From the NCBI GenBank assembly GCA_038059935.1, contig JBBTIN010000043.1, positions 1-57,139 of the forward strand: DNA of 57,139 nt, read 5' to 3'. The stretch's first letter is position 1, and each line of letters starts with the position of its first letter. The position numbers were made by a program, and so were the translations under genes. Source of the stretch: Nitrospirota bacterium (GTDB taxonomy: Bacteria > Nitrospirota > Nitrospiria > SBBL01 > SBBA01). Shown piece by piece: positions 29,722-36,636 of this stretch. The notes under the pieces were generated by a model that saw only the letters and a list, made by a program, of their open reading frames with translations, did no database searches and was not told the DNA's origin.

Positions 29722-29771
29722 GAAGAATACGGGGACAACAATGTCTGCTCGTAGAGAGTGAGGAAAACAAA

Positions 29772-30071
29772 ATGAAGATTGAAGGGGGAAACCCATTTAA
29801 AGTATTGGGTGCCTATTTACGCGGAGATAAAGGGGTCAAGAAAAAGGAAGAGGCCTCTACTTCTGCCACGGGAAAAGTTTCTGATCATATTGAAATATCA
29901 GAGAAATCTATTCAAATAGAGAGGTTGGCGAAAATGGTTTCAAAAGGGTCTGATATTCGTGAAGAGCGCGTCTTAAATGCACAAAAGGATATTGCGCTTG
30001 GTAGAATACCCAATGCAAACGCGGTTGCGAAGTCGTTAGTCAGGGCAGCGGTGATGGATAAAGTTGTTTAG
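29772..30071 (+). CDS. flgM: anti-sigma-28 factor FlgM
   Basis: 99-aa ORF with a FlgM C-terminal region (REERVLNAQKDIALGRIPNANAVAKSLV). Lies upstream of flgN and flgK. Confidence 0.8.
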   Translation: MKIEGGNPFKVLGAYLRGDKGVKKKEEASTSATGKVSDHIEISEKSIQIERLAKMVSKGSDIREERVLNAQKDIALGRIPNANAVAKSLVRAAVMDKVV

Positions 30072-30153
30072 TGCATCTTTAAAGACCTGCTGCATTTTCT
30101 AATTGCGCTGTTGCATGGTGATTTGTAGTGCATAAAATCGGGGAGAATGGGCA

Positions 30154-30726
30154 ATGGAAACCGGTGGAGCAACAATAACCGAGATTGAAGAGCCAATTTT
30201 AAGCCGGCTTTTTTTGACCCTTGAGGATCTGATTAAGCAGTACCAACAACTGCTTTCCGTTCTGCAACTTGAGAAGGGCCTGATGATCGAAGGGAACCTG
30301 AACGAACTTTGTTTCTGCCTGAATCAAAAAGATGGGATTTTAGAAGAGATTCAAAAAACAGAAACGCGAAGAGGCAAGGAGGTGGAACACCTTGCGCAGC
30401 GGTTTCGTCTGACGTCAGAATCTTCGGAGGGGGTATCGCTTCGACAGATTATCAATGTCGTTTCATTTTCCTATCGGGGAAGGCTTTTGTCCTGTCACGA
30501 TCGCTTGCGGGCGCTTTTGGCCGCAGTGACTGAAATTAACCAAATCAATGGATTGCTGGTCGGCCGCATTTTACAGCAGGTGAATGCGCTGATTGGTCTT
30601 TTGAGTCATCTTTCAATGGCACCGCAAACTTATCAGTCTTCCGGCCAGTCTTCTGGTTTGTTTGGTGGTGACTTTCAATCAGGACGCCCCTATCGCGCAA
30701 CCGGCGCCCTCCATTTGCGGGGGTAG
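30154..30726 (+). CDS. flgN: flagellar export chaperone FlgN family
   Basis: 190-aa helical ORF between flgM and flgK. The assignment rests mainly on this conserved position and its Leu/Gln-rich helical N-terminus. Confidence 0.6.
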   Translation: METGGATITEIEEPILSRLFLTLEDLIKQYQQLLSVLQLEKGLMIEGNLNELCFCLNQKDGILEEIQKTETRRGKEVEHLAQRFRLTSESSEGVSLRQIINVVSFSYRGRLLSCHDRLRALLAAVTEINQINGLLVGRILQQVNALIGLLSHLSMAPQTYQSSGQSSGLFGGDFQSGRPYRATGALHLRG

Positions 30727-30728
30727 TC

Positions 30729-32408
30729 ATGATAGACATATCTCATATCATGCAGATTGGTCGGCGGGGATTGGCCGCGCACCAGCGGGCGATCTCGGTG
30801 ACCTCGCACAACATCGCAAACGTAAACACCAAAGGTTACAGTCGGCAAGAGGTTCTCTTCGAGCCAACCACAATGCCGGTTGGTTTTGGAACGGGTGTTC
30901 AAATACAACAAATTCGAAGTGTGGTGGATACTTTTTTAGGCGGACAGATACTGTCTGGACAATCGTCGTTGGGGCGTTTTAACGCGGAAGCCGAACTGCT
31001 CAATCGAGTGGAAGCGGTTTTTGGCGATTTGAATGGGGCCGGAATTGATAAAGAAATTCAGAATTTCTTTGCCGCCCTAAATGACTTATCCAATAATCCC
31101 ACAGGCAGCGTTGAACGTGCCATTGTTCTGGAACGTGGAAAGAGTCTGTCTCAAGCGCTTGTTACGGCCGATGGACAATTAAAGGCGATTCAACAAGACG
31201 CCAACAGCGAAATTGAAAGCCGCGTCGGAGAGATCAACGCCTTATCTACAAACATTGCCAATCTCAATCAAAGCATCCGGTCGTCTGAACAGATTGGGGG
31301 GGCTGCGGAGAGCGATCTTCGGGATGAGCGGACTCGGCTCTTGAATGAACTTTCTGAAAAAATTGGCATTCAGGTGATTGAAGAGGACAGTGGAAATTTA
31401 ACGGTGATCACCGGAAGCGGCGGGGCAACGGTCGCGCTGATTTCAGGAGATCAAGCCGCAACACTTTCAGCCGTTTTAGACCCGGATCGTCCGGGGTTTT
31501 CTAAAATTGTGGTGAATGGTAATACCGACATTACGCATTCCATTTCTGATGGACGGCTTCGGGGGTTGATTGAATTGCGGGACGCGCTCGTGCCAGATTA
31601 TCGAGGGCAGTTAGATCGCCTGGCCGCGTCGCTTGTCTATGAATTTAATAGTCAGCATCAACAAGGGTTTGGTTTGGATGGCACCACTGAAACCGATTTT
31701 TTTGCCCCTGTTTTAGTGGATGCTGTTCCGTCTCGTGTGAATCAGGGAACCGCCAAAATCGAAGTGACCGTTTCTCCTGTCCCTGAGCCGCCGGACCCGT
31801 CGGATCCTGATTATATTGCACCGGAACCCAATTTTGGTTCTTCTTATGAACTTTCATTCTTGGATGGCAATTTCAAACTGCGCAATTTAGAGACAGGGGA
31901 AATATCGTCGCCAACAGTGGAGGACGAGATCATCTTTGAACAGGAACGCATTCAAATTAACATCAAGCAAGGCAGTTTGGTAAACGGAGATCGGTTTCGG
32001 ATCAGTCTGCATCAAGGTGCCGCGGGCGCGATGGCGGTCCAACTCTCTGATCCAAGACAAATTTCGGCCGCGTCGCAGGAAGAGGACTTGCCGGGGGGAA
32101 ATGATAATGCAATTTTATTGGCCCAGTTGCAAAGTAAACAAGTCTCATCTTTAAGGGCAACCTTTCAGGGTTTTTATGCGGGATTGATGGGAGAAATTGG
32201 GAATCGTGTACAGACATCAGAGCGGAACCTTTCGGTGGCAGACGCGATGGCCGGGCGATTGGATGCGATGCGGGAGGAAAAATCAGGCGTCTCACTCGAT
32301 GAGGAAATGACAAATCTGATTTCGTTTCAACGGGCTTATCAGGCGTCGGCCAAACTGATTGTCACGGCGGATGAGTTGTTGCAGACGGTCATTGGAATGA
32401 AGCAATAG
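30729..32408 (+). CDS. flgK: flagellar hook-associated protein 1 FlgK
   Basis: 559-aa ORF with an N-terminal AISVTSHNIANVNTKGYSRQEV and a C-terminal GVSLDEEMTNLISFQRAYQASAKLI. Confidence 0.93.
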   Translation: MIDISHIMQIGRRGLAAHQRAISVTSHNIANVNTKGYSRQEVLFEPTTMPVGFGTGVQIQQIRSVVDTFLGGQILSGQSSLGRFNAEAELLNRVEAVFGDLNGAGIDKEIQNFFAALNDLSNNPTGSVERAIVLERGKSLSQALVTADGQLKAIQQDANSEIESRVGEINALSTNIANLNQSIRSSEQIGGAAESDLRDERTRLLNELSEKIGIQVIEEDSGNLTVITGSGGATVALISGDQAATLSAVLDPDRPGFSKIVVNGNTDITHSISDGRLRGLIELRDALVPDYRGQLDRLAASLVYEFNSQHQQGFGLDGTTETDFFAPVLVDAVPSRVNQGTAKIEVTVSPVPEPPDPSDPDYIAPEPNFGSSYELSFLDGNFKLRNLETGEISSPTVEDEIIFEQERIQINIKQGSLVNGDRFRISLHQGAAGAMAVQLSDPRQISAASQEEDLPGGNDNAILLAQLQSKQVSSLRATFQGFYAGLMGEIGNRVQTSERNLSVADAMAGRLDAMREEKSGVSLDEEMTNLISFQRAYQASAKLIVTADELLQTVIGMKQ

Positions 32409-32420
32409 AGGAGAAATTTC

Positions 32421-33752
32421 ATGCGTGTTTCGGAGCGAATGCTTTTTCAGTCTGGCGCAAGGGGCTTACGCCTTAACGCGAGTGCTTTGCTCAAAGCACA
32501 AGATCAGGTCTCTTCTGGAAAGCGGGTTTCGCTTGCATCGGATGATCCCGTCTCTGCGAAAAAAATCCTAAACTACAATAAAATGCTGGCCGAGATGGAG
32601 CAGCATCAGAGAAACAGTCTTCGCGCCGAAGACTTTCTCTCCGCAACGGATTCGGCTTTGAATGGGGTGCAAGATCAGATTCAAAAGGTAGCGGCACGTG
32701 CAGTTGAGATGTCCAATCCAGCGATGAATTCGGATGATCGTCGCATTGTTGCGCGAGAGGTTCAGCAGATTTTCGATCAGATTACGACACTCGCCAATAC
32801 CTCACATGAAGGGCAGTTTATTTTCTCAGGCAATCAGATTGATACCGCACCCTTTGATTTTAACCAAGACTGGCAAGGAAAATATGTGGGAGCGGTGCTT
32901 CCAGAAGAGATAGAGATTGCGGCATATAATCCGGATGAACCCGAAGGAAGCGGGAACGATCAGATCAATGTTACAGTGGATGGTGTAACTGTTCAGGTCA
33001 CGCTAGATGAGGGAACATACACTGGAGAAGAAATTGCCGATCATATCCAAACCAAGATCAATGACGCATTGAGCGAGAATGACCTGGGTGTGACGGTTTT
33101 ATTCGTTCCAGAAACAGTATTTTTTGATCCAAATGGCAATCCGGGTCATCTGGAGGCGCAATCCAATACAATTCGTGGACGCTCTTCTGTTGTGTTTAAC
33201 AAAGTGGTTCAGCCGGAACCCGATCCGCTTGCTCCTGTACAGCCTCCTGCGCTGGGGGACGCGCGTAATGTATTAGGGTTTCTTGACGGAAAGAGTCAGT
33301 TTTCAGGACAGGAATATTTAGGGGATGAATCGGAGTCTAGCATTCTGATTTCGCATTCGGTTTTGGTGCCCAAGAATCTTGCGGGTAGCCGTGTTTTTAA
33401 GGGGGCGCAGGATGGCGTTGATATTTTTGCAAGTCTTCTGAATTTCAAGACGGCATTGGAGATGGGCGACATGAAGGGGATTCAGACGGCGATCTCCGAT
33501 ATGGATAAGGCAACCGAGCAGGTGAGCGGGGAGCGGGCAACGATTGGAATACGCCTTGTCCGTTTGGAAGACACAAAAAATCAAATGGAAAGTGCCGCCG
33601 CGCTGGTCAAGGAATTTAAGTCGAATGAAGAGGACATTGATCTGACGGAGGCCATTTCAGAGATGGTGCTCAAACAAAATGCGTTAACCGCCAGCCAATC
33701 TGTTTTTGCCCGAATATTACAGCAACCGACCTTACTGAATTTCCTCCAATAA
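32421..33752 (+). CDS. flgL: flagellar hook-associated protein 3 FlgL (with an enlarged central region)
   Basis: 443-aa ORF with a flagellin-like N-terminus (QVSSGKRVSLASDDPVSA) and a C-terminal helix. It follows flgK. Confidence 0.88.
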   Translation: MRVSERMLFQSGARGLRLNASALLKAQDQVSSGKRVSLASDDPVSAKKILNYNKMLAEMEQHQRNSLRAEDFLSATDSALNGVQDQIQKVAARAVEMSNPAMNSDDRRIVAREVQQIFDQITTLANTSHEGQFIFSGNQIDTAPFDFNQDWQGKYVGAVLPEEIEIAAYNPDEPEGSGNDQINVTVDGVTVQVTLDEGTYTGEEIADHIQTKINDALSENDLGVTVLFVPETVFFDPNGNPGHLEAQSNTIRGRSSVVFNKVVQPEPDPLAPVQPPALGDARNVLGFLDGKSQFSGQEYLGDESESSILISHSVLVPKNLAGSRVFKGAQDGVDIFASLLNFKTALEMGDMKGIQTAISDMDKATEQVSGERATIGIRLVRLEDTKNQMESAAALVKEFKSNEEDIDLTEAISEMVLKQNALTASQSVFARILQQPTLLNFLQ

Positions 33753-33759
33753 GGCACAC

Positions 33760-34593
33760 TTAATCTTTTTTTTGATCGGTCTGTGCTTTCACAAGCCGAA
33801 GATAATTTTCCATGCTATGATCCTTGACCCCATCGGTTCCCAAATCGCCAAAATCAGCGATCCGCCCCAATACATGATCCATGAAGGTATTAAAAAATCC
33901 CATTTTTGATTTGTAATTTCCTAATACGTCAAAATAACGAAGCACTCCCAAGTGATGATACCGAAAGGGTAGTGCCGGGGGAATCCTTGGAACGATGTCG
34001 TTATTATTCACAAACCGAAATGCTTTTCCATTCATTTCAATATCGAAATTTTTTGCAAAAGTCGAATCGCCTGTACGCGGTTGTCCAAAAGTGTAAAGGC
34101 CTTGAACGGGAAGATTTTCCGCTCTCACTCTTGCGGCGGCCAACGCGGCCAACGCGGCACCTAGACTATGTCCCGTAAACCATAACGACTTTTCTGGAAA
34201 ACCTAACTTAGAAATTGTTTCTTTCACTTGCGCCCATACAAGATCAATCCCACTGTTAAATCCATGATGCACTTTGCCATTAAAAGGGCCGGCGATCAAT
34301 TTCATTTTTAGATCGGTTACCCAATCCTTGATTTTATTGGACTCTGTTCCGCGAAACGCGACCAACACCAGTTTATCGGTGCTCATTACAAACGCCTGTG
34401 TCTCTTTGTTTTCGATGAACTGGAACTGCTCGATACCCCAGACCCCTTTGATTTGGGCTGCAATTTTGTTTTCATCGCAATAGGCCAGATGGGATGCCAT
34501 CGCGCAGGCGTATGCATTGGTCCAATCAAAAAGCGTTGTTGCCGCGTTAAAGTTAAAGGTTGTGCTTACAAGGTTTTTATTTAATTCTGTCAT
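33760..34593 (-). CDS. class 3 (fungal-type) lipase family alpha/beta hydrolase
   Basis: Nucleophile elbow GHSLGAALA, Asp block NNNDIVPRIP and His block KDHSMENY. I place the start at ATG 34593 (SD AAGGAG 7 nt upstream). The track ORF starts at TTG 34599. It is convergent with flgL, only 7 bp apart. Confidence 0.85.
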   Translation of the reverse strand: MTELNKNLVSTTFNFNAATTLFDWTNAYACAMASHLAYCDENKIAAQIKGVWGIEQFQFIENKETQAFVMSTDKLVLVAFRGTESNKIKDWVTDLKMKLIAGPFNGKVHHGFNSGIDLVWAQVKETISKLGFPEKSLWFTGHSLGAALAALAAARVRAENLPVQGLYTFGQPRTGDSTFAKNFDIEMNGKAFRFVNNNDIVPRIPPALPFRYHHLGVLRYFDVLGNYKSKMGFFNTFMDHVLGRIADFGDLGTDGVKDHSMENYLRLVKAQTDQKKD

Positions 34594-34622
34594 TTTCAAA
34601 CTCCTTCTTTATAATCAGTGGG

Positions 34623-34707
34623 TCTCGTGAATGAGACGTTTTTTGCGACGTCTACTGATCCCTTAAAGGGGCACTGATGAGACAGTGTGTACGCCTCATT
34701 CACGAGA
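34623..34707. promoter_or_regulatory. 13-bp inverted repeat pair in the lipase leader / candidate operator
   Basis: TCTCGTGAATGAG (34623-34635) is complementary to CTCATTCACGAGA (34695-34707). The distal arm lies in the 17-nt spacer of a possible minus-strand sigma-70 promoter, TTGACA (34714-34709) and TACACA (34691-34686). Confidence 0.5.
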
Positions 34708-34734
34708 TTGTCAACGGGCGGGAAGTGCCTCTTT

Positions 34735-35010
34735 CTATTTTTCTGATCCAGGGAGTTCCCCCGTGTCGAGAGGCAATTTGGGATTGAAAATAATAATTCC
34801 CATGGTTCCCGGCCACCATGGCCAAGGTTTCTGAAATTTTCCGGGTAAGCGGAGGCTCAAATCCCCTTCCAAGTCAATCTTGGCAACTTCCCGTAACACG
34901 ACCGACCGAATTTCTAAATCAATTCTTTTCTCAACTTCCTTTGATAACTTAATGTTACCAAAGTCAACGACAAAGCGGCTTCCCGCTATTTTTTTCTCAT
35001 TTTTCAGCAT
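34735..35010 (-). CDS. hypothetical protein (91 aa)
   Basis: ORF with SD GGAAAGGAAAA upstream of ATG 35010. It overlaps the upstream gene by 14 nt. Trp/Pro-rich C-terminal part (KPWPWWPG). I recognise no family. Confidence 0.5.
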   Translation of the reverse strand: MLKNEKKIAGSRFVVDFGNIKLSKEVEKRIDLEIRSVVLREVAKIDLEGDLSLRLPGKFQKPWPWWPGTMGIIIFNPKLPLDTGELPGSEK

Positions 35011-35413
35011 GATGATTTTCCTTTCCTGTTGTTTGTTCACCCACCATTAAGTCGGTGACGACAAAGGGACAGACGAAACAAGCGGATTCCCCATTTTGCG
35101 CATACCAACGACACTGCGTTCGAATCGAACAGTCTGGAAGATGTTTGCCGGCGTCAACAGACTCGATGACCTGGTCAATAACGCCACACCGACTTCCTGT
35201 CCATTGTTTACAGGATCCCTCAACGCAGGGGCCTCCAAAGCGAAACCGTTTTTCCGGTGTTCGCCCCTCATGGGCAATCTGCACAAATTCTTCGTTGATA
35301 ATGACTTTATCGCTAATGAAAGAAACTGCTCCATCCGCCTGAACCATACCAAGCAAAATGGCACCCTTCTGACACCGCGAACTTGGACACAAAATTGGGC
35401 TATGATCCGACAT
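34997..35413 (-). CDS. hypothetical cysteine-rich protein (138 aa, 9 Cys)
   Basis: SD AGGAGGG upstream of ATG 35413. Cys pattern: CX4C, then CX4CX7C, then CX5C, then CX2C. I recognise no family. Confidence 0.6.
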   Translation of the reverse strand: MSDHSPILCPSSRCQKGAILLGMVQADGAVSFISDKVIINEEFVQIAHEGRTPEKRFRFGGPCVEGSCKQWTGSRCGVIDQVIESVDAGKHLPDCSIRTQCRWYAQNGESACFVCPFVVTDLMVGEQTTGKENHHAEK

Positions 35414-35430
35414 GATCGCTCCCTCCTATT

Positions 35431-35459
35431 TATATCGGCAAGACCATCTCGCCGATATA
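35431..35459 (-). other. stem-loop at the predicted 5-prime end of the cysteine-rich gene mRNA
   Basis: TATATCGGC / GCCGATATA, a 9-bp perfect stem with an 11-nt loop. It begins about 12 nt downstream of the -12 GC element. Confidence 0.5.
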
Positions 35460-35470
35460 CGAATATATAT

Positions 35471-35487
35471 AGCGAAAATCATGCCAA
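35471..35487 (-). promoter_or_regulatory. candidate sigma-54 promoter (copy 1)
   Basis: The minus strand reads TTGGCATG-attt-TCGCT, compared with the consensus TGGCACG-N4-TTGCW. Spacing is correct with 2 mismatches. It forms the promoter-proximal end of the duplicated regulatory module. Confidence 0.55.
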
Positions 35488-35648
35488 CTTGAAGAACACA
35501 CCAATTTTTATAAGAATAAAACGCGTAATCCCATTTATTGATAAGGGAATAATTTATTTTATTTTTTTATGAGAGAGAAAAACGAAGACGATTTTATTCT
35601 AAAACAAAATCAAATTAGAAGATAAAAAATACAAACTAGAACAGATAA

Positions 35649-35662
35649 GATACGATCGTATC
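35649..35662. promoter_or_regulatory. perfect 14-bp palindrome, candidate enhancer (UAS) or operator
   Basis: GATACGATCGTATC, centred about 171 bp upstream of the -24 element. Conserved in copy 2 as GATACGGTCGTATC. Confidence 0.5.
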
Positions 35663-35724
35663 AAAACAGATAATATGTGGGGGCATCTAACAACCGACTG
35701 CGTGACCAAACTATTAGGACGATT

Positions 35725-36624
35725 TCAGGTGCGCTTGAGTCGCTGGAATGGATTGCCTATCAATCTAAAGCGTTGCCAGTTCAAAGTGACATCCGGGTTA
35801 CTTATTTTTTTAATTTTGTCATTCATGCTAAATAACAATTGATCCACCCTGAAGCACCCGCGCATTGAGACACTTTCCATCAATGCGTTTGCAATGATTT
35901 CCAGTGGCTTGATTTGAAGCGATTCACACGCGGCAATGCTGGTACATGCCCGACCAGAGGTTGTCCATTGTAATCCAAAAGGGATTGAATCTTTTTTGTC
36001 GGCTTTAAGGCCACTGCATGAAAACGAAAAAAGAACGCCGACCGGATGACTTTGTTCTGTTTCCTCCATATGATGAAAACGAAATCCCCTGTATCCAGAC
36101 CATCCGCGACTTCTTCCATGCCCCACATAAATGGCCAACGCGCATCCCTTGCTTAGCTTCTGCGCCAACTCGGTATTCGTCGTGGTATCGGGCAGATATT
36201 TGAACGTCTCTTTGCCGAGACATTTTTCTTTTTTGAAACAGGCGTAGAATTGATTGGCCCATCTCATATAAAGCGGCTTCATCATTCCGAGGATAAAAAC
36301 TTTTTTGGACGGACTGTTTGAATAATCATTCAACGCACGATGCCAGTTAAAAAGTTCATGATCATTTTTGTAAAAAACGAGAGAAAGAAGCCAGTGATCA
36401 ATAAACAGGCCGGGGAACTCGGAAGGATTCCTCTGTTTCCTGTTTACAAAAAAAATCAATCTTCCTTTTTTTGTTTCGCATTTATTTTTCTGAAGCAGAG
36501 CAATTATTTTTTTCTTTTCAGTCGGGATTGTTTTGACGATCAGCCATTGATCAAAAGAAATATGGGGAGAGAGCGTCTCCCCAATTTTATCTTTGATGAC
36601 TTGTGTGGAAACAACCACCACCAT
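35725..36624 (-). CDS. clan CD cysteine peptidase-like protein (gingipain/C25-like His-Cys dyad)
   Basis: 299 aa from ATG 36624 (SD AGAGG, 12 nt after the upstream stop). A hydrophobic strand plus His-Gly (CALAIYVGHGRSRGW) is followed 34 residues later by a hydrophobic strand plus Cys (VGVLFSFSCSG). Confidence 0.55.
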   Translation of the reverse strand: MVVVVSTQVIKDKIGETLSPHISFDQWLIVKTIPTEKKKIIALLQKNKCETKKGRLIFFVNRKQRNPSEFPGLFIDHWLLSLVFYKNDHELFNWHRALNDYSNSPSKKVFILGMMKPLYMRWANQFYACFKKEKCLGKETFKYLPDTTTNTELAQKLSKGCALAIYVGHGRSRGWSGYRGFRFHHMEETEQSHPVGVLFSFSCSGLKADKKDSIPFGLQWTTSGRACTSIAACESLQIKPLEIIANALMESVSMRGCFRVDQLLFSMNDKIKKISNPDVTLNWQRFRLIGNPFQRLKRT

Positions 36625-36636
36625 CAGCAATGGCCT

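Larger units (their letters stand above)
35471..35676 (-). repeat. duplicated regulatory module, copy 1 (about 206 bp)
   Basis: Aligns end to end with 38879-39066. The central block TTTTTTTATGAGAGAGAAAAACGAAGAYGATTTTATTCTAAAA is nearly identical in both copies. Copy 1 has about 18 extra bp. Confidence 0.9.

Noticed and set aside
34674-34681. CTGATGAG, the hammerhead-ribozyme core box, on the plus strand in the lipase leader
   Set aside because: No GAAA/GAAAC box or compatible stems I-III follow on that strand. The motif is also antisense to the local transcription direction.
35569-35625. A short plus-strand ORF beginning MREKNEDDFILK is conserved in both copies of the duplicated module (also at 38979), with a synonymous GAC/GAT difference
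   Set aside because: There is no SD. The reading frames diverge immediately after 12 codons (18 aa versus 60 aa running into proC antisense). The conservation is explained by the DNA repeat itself.
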